Source of the DNA: an uncultured Gammaproteobacteria bacterium
Lineage (GTDB): Bacteria; Patescibacteriota; Patescibacteriia; UBA1558; S5-K13
Direction: 5' to 3'
Assembly: GCA_964640635.1 (NCBI GenBank)
Contig: CAZXFD010000001.1
Coordinates: forward strand, 177,302 to 241,301
Length of the DNA stretch: 64,000 nt
Shown here: positions 19,794-28,405 of the stretch, one piece after another
Layout: every line of letters starts with the position of its first letter
How positions within the stretch are numbered: position 1 is the stretch's first letter
Notes under the pieces: model-generated
The model's database searches: none
Seen by the model: only the letters and a program-made list of their open reading frames with translations
What the model was told of the DNA's origin: nothing
Program-made: the position numbers and the translations under genes

Positions 19794-20276
19794 TTGAAAA
19801 TTGAAAATAGTCAAAATTCATCCCGCCAGGGCGGGATAAAAAATGTCTTTATCTGGGGCGCATACGATATTCTCCACGACGGTCATATTAAATTTATAGA
19901 ACATGCTAAGAAATTGGGTGATGTTTATGTTATTCTTGTACCAGATAAAGTAGTAAAAAAATACAAAAAATCTTATTTTAAAGCGAGTATAAGAAAAAAA
20001 CATTTACTAAAAACGGGGTTAGTAAAAAATGTTTTTATAGATGCACTTCCAAATATGAAATGTTTTGATAAAATAGCTCCTGATATATTTGTATTCGGTT
20101 ATGATCAGAACAAAGAATGGAATAACATTTTGAAGAAATATATTTTAGAAAGATTTTCAGATTGTAGGTTTAAAACATTAAAACAATATAGCGAAACACA
20201 TTCAAGTCATCTAAAAAGCAAGATATTATGTTATTGTAGAAGTGGAAAAAAGTTCGTTGATTGTCACGGAAAATAA
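19794..20276 (+). CDS. Cytidylyltransferase-like (HxGH) protein with C-terminal SEC-C motif
   Basis: GAYDILHDGH, GYDQ, HSS; CYCRSGKKFVDCHGK tail; start uncertain. Confidence 0.8.
   Translation: MKIENSQNSSRQGGIKNVFIWGAYDILHDGHIKFIEHAKKLGDVYVILVPDKVVKKYKKSYFKASIRKKHLLKTGLVKNVFIDALPNMKCFDKIAPDIFVFGYDQNKEWNNILKKYILERFSDCRFKTLKQYSETHSSHLKSKILCYCRSGKKFVDCHGK
19820..19837. repeat. GC palindrome, perfect copy
   Basis: ATCCCGCC-AG-GGCGGGAT. Confidence 0.85.
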
Positions 20277-20282
20277 TAATTA

Positions 20283-20300
20283 ATCCCGTCATGGCGGGAT
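20283..20300. repeat. GC palindrome
   Basis: ATCCCGTC-AT-GGCGGGAT followed by AAGCTAA. Confidence 0.85.
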
Positions 20301-20311
20301 AAGCTAAAAAT

Positions 20312-20671
20312 ATGAAAAAAATTACTACAATTAAAGATGCTCAAAAATTAGTAAAAGAATTTGCAAAGAAAAATAATTGGAAAGATATCCCAAATGTTGA
20401 TAAATTTGACCATATCCACGAAGAACTTATTGAAATGTCACAATACCTAAGATATAAAACGGAGAAGCAGAGAATAAAAGAAATTAAAGTTAATAAACAA
20501 ATTTTTACTGACGGAATAGGGGACTTATTTTTTGCAATTTGTAGGTTAGCAAATCAATTGAATGTTGATATTGAAAGTGCATTTAATATAGTAAGCGGTG
20601 AAATTTTCAAAAAATATGACAACAAAAACAAAGAAATAAACATTTCTTCAAAGAGGAAAAAAATAAAATGA
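20312..20671 (+). CDS. MazG-like all-alpha NTP pyrophosphohydrolase
   Basis: HEELIEM...DGIGDLFF..RLANQLNVD. Confidence 0.82.
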   Translation: MKKITTIKDAQKLVKEFAKKNNWKDIPNVDKFDHIHEELIEMSQYLRYKTEKQRIKEIKVNKQIFTDGIGDLFFAICRLANQLNVDIESAFNIVSGEIFKKYDNKNKEINISSKRKKIK

Positions 20672-21111
20672 TTTCAAGACAGCGACCATGTGCTATTATT
20701 GTTCAAAATGACAAAATATTGCTAATGAAAAGAATTAGAGATAATGAAACTTATTTTACATTTCCAGGTGGTCACGTAGAAGAAAATGAGGACTTGCAAG
20801 CGACTTTAAAAAGAGAAATTAAAGAAGAGTTAAATTTTGATATTAGTAATTTCAAAGAAGTTTTTCGAATTATTCAATTTATCCCGCCAAGGCGGGATGA
20901 ATCAAGAGAAAATATAGAAATTGAAAGTATATTTTATTTAGTATTTGATTTTAAGGGAGAATTACAACTTGGTGGCCCAGAGATTGAAAGAATGAAAACT
21001 GGAAAAAATAATTATTATCCAACGTGGTATAATAAAGTTGAATTTAGTGAACTTGATCCAATTTATCCAGTTGGTATAAAAGAGTTTGTTTTAGATAATC
21101 TACTTAGTTAA
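20668..21111 (+). CDS. NUDIX hydrolase
   Basis: FPGGHVEENEDLQATLKREIKEEL Nudix box. Confidence 0.92.
   Translation: MISRQRPCAIIVQNDKILLMKRIRDNETYFTFPGGHVEENEDLQATLKREIKEELNFDISNFKEVFRIIQFIPPRRDESRENIEIESIFYLVFDFKGELQLGGPEIERMKTGKNNYYPTWYNKVEFSELDPIYPVGIKEFVLDNLLS
20881..20898. repeat. GC palindrome in frame inside the NUDIX CDS
   Basis: ATCCCGCC-AA-GGCGGGAT reads as IPPRRD. Confidence 0.85.
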
Positions 21112-21118
21112 AAATTTA

Positions 21119-22327
21119 ATGAGAAAGAATTTTTCTTTGAAAACTATAAAATATATAATTTTATTTACCGCATTGGTAGATGTTCTTGGCATTGGAATCA
21201 TTATTCCAGTTTTACCATTTTATGTTAAATCATTTGGACTCTCTCCAGCTGGAATGACTATTTTATTTTCAGCCTTTTCTTTGTGTTCACTTTTTTCTAC
21301 TCCAATTTTAGGGTCGCTATCAGATAAATATGGAAGAAAAATCATTTTAGCAATAAGTCTTGCTTCAACAAGTCTGGGGTGGTTTGTATTTGCATTTGCG
21401 CCATCTGTTTTGTGGCTTTTTATAGGAAGAGTTATAGATGGACTTGCTGCTGGAAATTTTTCTACAGCGCAGGGAGTTTTATCGGATATTGCAAAAGATG
21501 AAAAACAAAGATCTCAAAATTTTGGACTTATTGGAGCTTTGTTTGGAATGGGGCTTATTATAGGACCAGCACTTGGTGGTCTTCTTATGTCAATATCACA
21601 CAATGCATCATTTATATTTGTTGGAATATTGTCTTTTTTAAATACAATTTTGATGTTGATTTTCTTGCCAGAAACCAATCTAAATAAAAGAAAAGAGGCA
21701 ATAATTAACCTCAATCCATTAAAAGCTATTTTTTATTCTTTCACAAAGTCAAATATAAAGAGTTTGTTTTCTTCATGGTTTGTTTTCCATGTATCAATGG
21801 CAATTTTCCAATCAGTTTTTTCTTTGTATCTATTAGAAATATTTGGATTTAATTCTATAACAATTTCCATGGTTTTGGCAGGGCAAGGAGTAATAATGGT
21901 TATAAATCAAGGATTCTTATTAAAACATTTTTGGCTCAAGAGATTTTCTATTAAAAGCCTGTCTTATTACTTGTATATATTTATAGGATTAGCGACATTA
22001 TGTTTTGCAGTTAAAAATGTATATTTTTTAATTTTAGGAATATTGATTTTGTCGCTTTCTCAGCCAGTTCTAAGAGTGGCCGTTACGAGCGAGGTTATAT
22101 CAAATACAGATGATACAAAAAGAGGAGAGGTGCTTGGAGTTATGGCATCAATTGCAAATTTAGGTATGATTGTTGGACCACTTTTCTCTGGACTTCTATA
22201 TTCAATATCTTTTAGGCTTCCTTTTCTAATTTCCTCGGGGATAATATTTTTGATATTTATTATTATGAGTATTTCTATAGGGAAATACAAAAAGGCAAAT
22301 AAAATATCGGATTGTGTTAATATATAA
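21119..22327 (+). CDS. MFS transporter (TetA/DHA1-like)
   Basis: GSLSDKYGRK motif A, GPALGG motif C, about 12 TM helices. Confidence 0.92.
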   Translation: MRKNFSLKTIKYIILFTALVDVLGIGIIIPVLPFYVKSFGLSPAGMTILFSAFSLCSLFSTPILGSLSDKYGRKIILAISLASTSLGWFVFAFAPSVLWLFIGRVIDGLAAGNFSTAQGVLSDIAKDEKQRSQNFGLIGALFGMGLIIGPALGGLLMSISHNASFIFVGILSFLNTILMLIFLPETNLNKRKEAIINLNPLKAIFYSFTKSNIKSLFSSWFVFHVSMAIFQSVFSLYLLEIFGFNSITISMVLAGQGVIMVINQGFLLKHFWLKRFSIKSLSYYLYIFIGLATLCFAVKNVYFLILGILILSLSQPVLRVAVTSEVISNTDDTKRGEVLGVMASIANLGMIVGPLFSGLLYSISFRLPFLISSGIIFLIFIIMSISIGKYKKANKISDCVNI

Positions 22328-22403
22328 AAGTCTAAGGCATAAAGTCGTAAGGCGTAAGTTTTTTGCCTTTTCACTTTCACCTTTATTTACTAATTTTAAA
22401 ATT

Positions 22404-23024
22404 ATGCAAAAAACAACAAAAAATGTATTATTATTAGCTTTACTATTAATTGGATTAGTAGTTTTGGTGTTTTGTTTACGAAGCTACTTAAAAAAGAGTG
22501 TCACACAACCTCAAAAAATTATTCAAGAAAATCAGGAGTCTGTTGGCATTGCAAATCCTGCGTCAGTATATTGTAAAGATAATGGTGGAAAATCTGAGAT
22601 AAAAAATAATGAAGAGGGACAATATGGTATGTGTGTTTTTCCAGACGGAAGCCAGTGTGATGAATGGAAATTTTTTAGAAAAGAATGTGGCGTTGGAGAT
22701 TCTAACATAAGTCCAGAAAAAGATTTAGAATTAATTACTCAAGCACTAGTTTTAAAGGATGGAATTGATTTAGATCTTGTTGATGTTTCTATAGGTAATA
22801 GAGTAAATAATTTTGTTTCTGGTTCTATTTCGCCAAAAGAAGAGGGTATTGGTGGAGCATATTTTTTCGCAGTAAAAAATAATGGTGTATGGAAAATATT
22901 AGCTAGTGGAAATGGTATTATAAAATGTGAAGACATAAAAGACTATCCAAATTTTCCTATAAACATGATTCCAGCATGCATTTCTAAAAATGGAGAACTA
23001 GAGAGACGAGACTTGCCGTTATAA
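22404..23024 (+). CDS. Membrane-anchored DUF333 domain protein
   Basis: GIANPASVYC..GG...GMCVFPDGSQCDEWKFFR; likely start 22404. Confidence 0.85.
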   Translation: MQKTTKNVLLLALLLIGLVVLVFCLRSYLKKSVTQPQKIIQENQESVGIANPASVYCKDNGGKSEIKNNEEGQYGMCVFPDGSQCDEWKFFRKECGVGDSNISPEKDLELITQALVLKDGIDLDLVDVSIGNRVNNFVSGSISPKEEGIGGAYFFAVKNNGVWKILASGNGIIKCEDIKDYPNFPINMIPACISKNGELERRDLPL

Positions 23025-23041
23025 GTTTTTAGGTAAAAAAG

Positions 23042-23069
23042 AAAAGAGTGATCATAGACCACTCTTTTT
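23042..23069. terminator. Bidirectional terminator
   Basis: AAAAGAGTG..CACTCTTTT. Confidence 0.7.
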
Positions 23070-23088
23070 AGTTTTCCGTATTTCTTTA

Positions 23089-23472
23089 TTATATGTTTGG
23101 GAACACGGGGGATATATCTTCTTGTAGAAGTTGTCTTATGATAATTCCCGAGATCTCACTATATTCTTTTTTAATTTGTGAAATGGCATCTAATAAGTCG
23201 TATGCCATAATAGTTTTTTCTTCTTTGGTGCCGAGTATTTTGTAAACAAAGGCACGCAGCGGGTTAATTAGACCTTGAACATCTTCTGGAAGGACGCGTT
23301 TGCATCGAACTGCGTCTCTATCCGGTACATTTGAATGTTTGGAATTTTCCAATCCTTCAAAATACTTGTCAATTGCATTTTTCTCGTTTTCTGCTTCGAT
23401 GTATCCGGCACTGGGCTTTGGTCCGTCACAATTAAACCAGCATGCCCATAAAATAAGTTGTTTTTGACACAT
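23089..23472 (-). CDS. Orphan hypothetical protein (cassette gene) with a weak internal duplication
   Basis: SD GGGAGG, promoter TTGACA-17-TATATT; 'IEAENEKNAI..LPEDV' resembles 'IMAYDLLDAI..LQEDI'. Confidence 0.75.
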   Translation of the reverse strand: MCQKQLILWACWFNCDGPKPSAGYIEAENEKNAIDKYFEGLENSKHSNVPDRDAVRCKRVLPEDVQGLINPLRAFVYKILGTKEEKTIMAYDLLDAISQIKKEYSEISGIIIRQLLQEDISPVFPNI

Positions 23473-23550
23473 TTTTCCTCCCTTATTTCTCTTTATGAGA
23501 ATTTATATATTAATATATCATATATATTACTATTTGTCAAATATGCCATA

Positions 23551-23578
23551 TTGACACTTTTTATATATCTGCTATACT
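23551..23578 (+). promoter_or_regulatory. sigma70 promoter of rplJL
   Basis: TTGACA-16-TATACT. Confidence 0.75.
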
Positions 23579-23587
23579 TATTTCGTA

Positions 23588-23690
23588 ATCCACAGACAGC
23601 GAGCGTCGACTGAAAACGGCTTAATTTCTCGCCAAGGATAAAAGATTATTTTTTAGTCTATTATTTCTGCGGATAACGCAGTTTTTTTAT
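23588..23690 (+). ncRNA. L10 ribosomal protein leader with attenuator hairpin
   Basis: CC.AGACAGCGAG...TTAA...CTCGCC.AGG pattern upstream of rplJ; CTGCG..CGCAG-TTTTTTT terminator-like hairpin. Confidence 0.78.
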
Positions 23691-23782
23691 TTTAGTATAA
23701 AGTTAAATATCGCGAGATTATAAAGAAAAAACCAACTTTATATACTTTCGACTTTAGACTTTTTAACTTTTAACTTAACATT

Positions 23783-24301
23783 ATGGCTAAGACAAAATTA
23801 CAAAAGCAAGAAGCATTAAGAAATATACAACGTGGATTTGAGAATTCAAAGCTCGTTGTTTTGACATCTTATACAAAGATGCCAGTTTCAGATGTTTCTG
23901 ATTTAAGAAGAAGATTAAACAAGGAAAATGTATCTCTTGCAACTATAAAAAAGACATTATTAAAAAAAGCAATGACAGACATTGTTGATGAAAATGATCT
24001 TGTAGAAGCAGGAAATCTTTCTCTTGCTTATGGAAAAGATGAGACAACTGCTGCAAAAGTTCTTTCAGCTTTCGTGAAGGATCATGAAAATTTGAAGATT
24101 TTGGGTGGTTGGCTTGAAAATCAGTTTTTAACAAAAGAAAAGGTGAGTGCGCTTGCAATGCTTTTAAGCAAAGAAGAGACACTTGCAAAGTTGTGTGGTA
24201 CATTAAATGGTCCTTTAAATGCGTTTGCTCGTGTTTTAAGTGGTAACACAAGGGGACTTGTAAATGTATTAAGTGCTATAAAGGATCAAAAGTCTAATTA
24301 A
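23783..24301 (+). CDS. rplJ: 50S ribosomal protein L10
   Basis: 'LRRRL..IKKTLL..A', C-terminal L12-binding helix; precedes rplL. Confidence 0.95.
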   Translation: MAKTKLQKQEALRNIQRGFENSKLVVLTSYTKMPVSDVSDLRRRLNKENVSLATIKKTLLKKAMTDIVDENDLVEAGNLSLAYGKDETTAAKVLSAFVKDHENLKILGGWLENQFLTKEKVSALAMLLSKEETLAKLCGTLNGPLNAFARVLSGNTRGLVNVLSAIKDQKSN

Positions 24302-24309
24302 TAATAATA

Positions 24310-24383
24310 GGTATTAGTTGTTAGTAGTTAGTATTTAGAAAATAAATACTAAACACTAAAAACTAAACACTAAAAACTAAACA
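24310..24383. repeat. Inverted heptamer-repeat tract
   Basis: TTAGTTG/TTAGTAG/TTAGTAT then repeated CTAAACA/CTAAAAA. Confidence 0.8.
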
Positions 24384-24384
24384 T

Positions 24385-24786
24385 ATGACAGAAAAAAAAG
24401 ACGTAATTGTGCCAGAAAAATTTCAATCAATAGTTTCAGAGATTGAAAAGATGTCCGTATTAGACCTTTCAGAATTGGTTTCAATTTTGGAAGAAAAATT
24501 TGGAGTAAGCGCAGCAGCTCCAATGATGATGGGTGCTATGCCAGCAGCAGCTGGGGCAGCTGAGATTGAAGAAAAATCATCATTCGATGTTGAACTTACT
24601 GATTGTGGCGCAAGCAAAATCAATGTTATTAAGGCAATAAGAGAAATTACTCAACTTGGTCTTAAAGAAGCAAAAGATATTGCTGACGGAGCACCAATGA
24701 TGGTTTTAGAAGCTGCTGACAAAGCAAAGGCAGAAGATGCAAAAAAGAAGATAGAAGAAGCTGGTGGAAAAGTTACATTAAAATAA
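24385..24786 (+). CDS. rplL: 50S ribosomal protein L7/L12
   Basis: [30 protein letters not shown]. Confidence 0.98.
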   Translation: MTEKKDVIVPEKFQSIVSEIEKMSVLDLSELVSILEEKFGVSAAAPMMMGAMPAAAGAAEIEEKSSFDVELTDCGASKINVIKAIREITQLGLKEAKDIADGAPMMVLEAADKAKAEDAKKKIEEAGGKVTLK

Positions 24787-24899
24787 TCCCCCACTCATAA
24801 AAAGAATAGATATATAAAAACACAGCTCTTAACGGAGCTGTGTTTTGTGATATTTAAATTTATTTTTCTAGATGAATTTTTATGAGTGGGGGATTATTT
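24781..24899. mobile_element. MITE-like element with 23-bp perfect terminal inverted repeats
   Basis: AAATAATCCCCCACTCATAAAAA at 24781-24803, exact reverse complement at 24877-24899. Confidence 0.6.
24817..24846. terminator. Bidirectional terminator
   Basis: AAAACACAGCTC..GAGCTGTGTTTT. Confidence 0.8.
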
Positions 24900-27140
24900 T
24901 ACTTCTACAACTTTATTTTCAGACTGCAAATAAATAGTTTTACTTGCACCATCTACAATAAAGTTGTTGAGAGTATTTAATGTTGGAAAATAATATTGTT
25001 TGATGAGTTCTCCTTTTTTGTTTATTATTATGATTCTCTTTGTTTGTGAGTCTAATAAGTATATTTCAGTTATTGTTTTATCTGTATAAATTTTATCAAT
25101 AGATTTTATTATAGGATTAATTGTCTTTAGCTCAAATGCTTTTTGTTTTCCCATATAAAACATTTTTATCGTGCCGTCGTTAAATCCTAGATAAATATTG
25201 CTATCTATTGCAATTGAAAGAGCATTTTTTATATCAGTGCCATCTTGTATCCAAGCTTCTCCTTTATCAAGAGATGAGGTTTTGATGGTGTGTTTGTATA
25301 TTTGATTGCTTTCGGGATCTAATATATATATTTTATCATTATAGCTTACTGCCCCGATAGATTTTTTATAATTTGGATGATAGCTAATGTCAAATTTATT
25401 TATAGTTCCATCCTCTAAATTTATGGCATCGACTTTATTATTCGTGTCTAACCCATAAACAAAATTATTGTATTTTTCAAATATATTTACGTTACTGTAT
25501 ATTGATTCTTTGCCTATTAATTCTTTTTTGTTGTCTTTTATGCTGTATTTTTCTATATCTTTTGATTCTTTTCCAAGTCCTACAATATAATCGTTGAATT
25601 TTATTATTTTTTCAGGATAAAATGCAAATTCTGTTGTAATTTTTGGCTCTTTTATAGAGTTTATGTTCCATACTTTATTTAGTGTATCTGTAAAATTATT
25701 AAGTATTTCGTCATATTTTTTCTTTTGTTCATCTGTTTTTTGAGGAAGTTCATTAATAAGGTCTGATATTTCTTTGAGTTTTTCATTGGCAAGTTTTTCA
25801 TCTTTATAAATAGATAATAAATCATATTCTGTTTTTTTGTCATCTATAGTGCCTAGTATTTTTTCATAAGCTTGTTTTTTCGCAGAGGCTTGTTTTTTGT
25901 AGTTCATTATTAGAACGTTAGCAGTGAATCCCAGAAGTATTATTATTCCACTGATAAGAAGTATTCTTTTTTTGTTTATTTTTTTTCTTGGTTTACCTTC
26001 TATTATTCCATTTGTATGTAGCGATATTGTATTTTCAGATTTTTTGTGTATGAGTATTTTTTTGATTAGTTTTGCTATATATAAAAATGGACTAAAAATA
26101 TTTTTTAATAACTTTTTTTTGTTTATTTTTTTTCTTTTTTCTAGTACATCTTTTTTTTCTATGGTTTTAAAAGGTGTTTCTATTTTGTCATCTAGGGAAC
26201 TTTTTCCTTTTGTAAGAATGTCTTTTGTTTTTTGTTGTATGTTCAAAAGTTCATCAATAGAGTTTTTGGAAGAAGAATAACCATATGTTTCTTTTGTTTT
26301 TATTTCTGCAGTATCAACGTTTTCTTGTATAATCTCTTTTTCTTCTGAATTTTCTTCTTCTGGTTTTTTAATTTTTGCATCATTTTGAGAATTTTCTAGA
26401 TCTTTGTTGGTGTTAGACTCTTCGGTAGCTTCTATTTTTATAGAAGAATCTTCTTCTGTTTTTTGATTTTCTTCGTAGGGGGTTAATTTTATAGAGACGC
26501 TACAGAAACTTCGATTTTCAATTTTAAATAAGATTTCTTTTAATTTTATATTTATTCCAGATGGGTCATTGTCTAAAGCTATTTTTTCAAGAGATTTTTT
26601 TGATACATAATCAAAAATAGAATTACTTGCAAATAGTAGTGTTTGTTTGGTTTCAATGTTTCCGCTTAGAATATTTGTAAAGATTCTATCTACAGAAGGT
26701 TTTTCTATGTCATTGTTTTCTAGATAATCAAAAACATTTATAAGTTCGTTTCCATTAGCAACCCAGGCAGACACATTTCCCACTGGAGAGAAATAAGTTT
26801 CTTGTTTGTAGATAATAGCTATTATGGCATTAAATTTTTTAAGCCAAGCATTGTCTACTTTTGTAAGCAGAGGAAGATTTTCATTACTTTCTTCTAGAAT
26901 ATTTTCAAGTATCGTTTCTTGATCTATTATAGACGATCCATAATAGAGTTGATGAATTTTTTGTATCAAAAGATTGCCAAGCTCCTTTACGTTGTCGGTT
27001 TCTTCTGGAAAATCTAGCATTATAATAAGTTTACCCTTGTCTTTTTGTCCTTTGTTTGGTGAGCCTGTATATATAAAGGCATTGTTCGGTTTTTGTAGAG
27101 AATTGATGAGTAATTTATTTGTTTTAAGTATATACTTCAT
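24894..27140 (-). CDS. Single-pass membrane protein: degenerate PP2C-like N-terminus, acidic linker, external beta-propeller
   Basis: One TM near residue 400; 'IYILDPESNQIYK' and 'IYLLDSQTKRIIII' blade repeats. Confidence 0.65.
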   Translation of the reverse strand: MKYILKTNKLLINSLQKPNNAFIYTGSPNKGQKDKGKLIIMLDFPEETDNVKELGNLLIQKIHQLYYGSSIIDQETILENILEESNENLPLLTKVDNAWLKKFNAIIAIIYKQETYFSPVGNVSAWVANGNELINVFDYLENNDIEKPSVDRIFTNILSGNIETKQTLLFASNSIFDYVSKKSLEKIALDNDPSGINIKLKEILFKIENRSFCSVSIKLTPYEENQKTEEDSSIKIEATEESNTNKDLENSQNDAKIKKPEEENSEEKEIIQENVDTAEIKTKETYGYSSSKNSIDELLNIQQKTKDILTKGKSSLDDKIETPFKTIEKKDVLEKRKKINKKKLLKNIFSPFLYIAKLIKKILIHKKSENTISLHTNGIIEGKPRKKINKKRILLISGIIILLGFTANVLIMNYKKQASAKKQAYEKILGTIDDKKTEYDLLSIYKDEKLANEKLKEISDLINELPQKTDEQKKKYDEILNNFTDTLNKVWNINSIKEPKITTEFAFYPEKIIKFNDYIVGLGKESKDIEKYSIKDNKKELIGKESIYSNVNIFEKYNNFVYGLDTNNKVDAINLEDGTINKFDISYHPNYKKSIGAVSYNDKIYILDPESNQIYKHTIKTSSLDKGEAWIQDGTDIKNALSIAIDSNIYLGFNDGTIKMFYMGKQKAFELKTINPIIKSIDKIYTDKTITEIYLLDSQTKRIIIINKKGELIKQYYFPTLNTLNNFIVDGASKTIYLQSENKVVEVK

Positions 27141-27234
27141 AATAAAAAATACACTTGTCTGTTAGCTAAAAATATTATACTATAAATATAAGAATTTGGG
27201 AACTATAATTTGATATACACAACAAAAAAAGATT

Positions 27235-27804
27235 ATGTTAGAACAATTATTTGGGTCAAGAACAAGAACAAAAATTTTACGTTTATTTTTTACAAAATCA
27301 AATAGCAGGTTTTTTGTTAGAGAAATTACTAGATTTATCAATGAAAGAATAAATTCAGTAAGAGTAGAGCTTGATAATTTACAAAAAATAGGTTTGATAA
27401 AATCAGAGACAGTGGATAATAAGAGGTATTATTTCTTGAATACAAAATTTGTTTTATTGAACGAATTAAAAGAGTTAATTATTAAATCTCGTTTTCTTAT
27501 TGAGAAAAGCTATATAGAAAAATTCAAAAAGTTATCGGGTATTAAATATTTGGCTTTAACAGGATATTTCATAGATTCTAAAGATGAGACCCTTACAGAT
27601 GTTTTGATTATTGGAAATATATCAAAAGAGAAAATAGAGAAAATAATTATAGAGATGTCTGATGAGTTTATGATTGAATTAAATTATACCATTATGACTA
27701 AGTCAGAGTTTGAGTATAGAAAAAATATGACAGACAAGTTTTTGTATAATATTTTGAAAAATAAGAAAATAGTTGTAATAGATAAGCTTGGTATAGACAT
27801 TTAA
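27235..27804 (+). CDS. Winged-HTH plus degenerate nucleotidyltransferase-like protein
   Basis: LFGSRTRTKIL..FVREITR..NSVRVELDNL; TDVLIIG. Confidence 0.7.
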   Translation: MLEQLFGSRTRTKILRLFFTKSNSRFFVREITRFINERINSVRVELDNLQKIGLIKSETVDNKRYYFLNTKFVLLNELKELIIKSRFLIEKSYIEKFKKLSGIKYLALTGYFIDSKDETLTDVLIIGNISKEKIEKIIIEMSDEFMIELNYTIMTKSEFEYRKNMTDKFLYNILKNKKIVVIDKLGIDI

Positions 27805-27806
27805 TT

Positions 27807-28208
27807 ATGATTTTATATATCAATACAACAGAAAGAGACTTTATCAAATTCGCTCTTATAGATAATAAGGGTGAAGTTTTTTTATTCTCTAAGAACGTAG
27901 GAAACAAACAATCTGAAAATATGATATTTCTATTAAATAAATTTTTAAAATCTAAAAGAATAAAGTTAAATAATATTTCAAAAATTGTTGTAAATCGTGG
28001 ACCAGGGTCTTTCACCTCCGTTAGAGTTGGTGTTGTTTTGGCAAATACATTGTCATATTCTCTAAAGATCCCAGTTTTGGGAATTGATAATTTTATCCCA
28101 GAGAAAAAAGAGGATTATTTAGAGCTTTTAAAACAGGCTCCAAAAGAAGAATTTATAAAACCATTTTATTATAAAGAAGCGAACATAACCAAGTCAAATG
28201 TCAAATAA
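27807..28208 (+). CDS. tsaB: tRNA t6A biosynthesis protein TsaB (short form)
   Basis: GPGSFTSVRVG. Confidence 0.9.
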   Translation: MILYINTTERDFIKFALIDNKGEVFLFSKNVGNKQSENMIFLLNKFLKSKRIKLNNISKIVVNRGPGSFTSVRVGVVLANTLSYSLKIPVLGIDNFIPEKKEDYLELLKQAPKEEFIKPFYYKEANITKSNVK

Positions 28209-28382
28209 CAAATTTCAAATATCAAATCAAGTCCAAAATTAAAAGAATAAATATCAAATTGGATATTGCAATTTTGAACCCCAATATTTATTTGTCATTT
28301 GTAATTTAGAATTTGGAATTTATCTGTAATTTGTCATTTGTAATTTAGAATTTAGCAAATTTTGTAATTTCAAATATCAAAA
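28195..28382. repeat. Long inverted heptamer-repeat tract
   Basis: CAAAT-type 7-mers then ATTTG-type 7-mers; ATTTGTCATTTGTAATTTAGAATTT occurs twice. Confidence 0.85.
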
Positions 28383-28405
28383 GAATAAAAGAAAGAGTAT
28401 CTATT

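Noticed and set aside
21119-22327. Calling the MFS gene tetA
   Set aside because: Only family-level motifs are visible and there is no tetR; the substrate cannot be inferred.
18284-23024. Classical integron cassette array
   Set aside because: No attC-like RYYYAAC...GTTRRRY sites between the genes and no intI.
28195-28382. Heptamer tracts as a CRISPR array
   Set aside because: No constant repeat with unique spacers and no cas genes.
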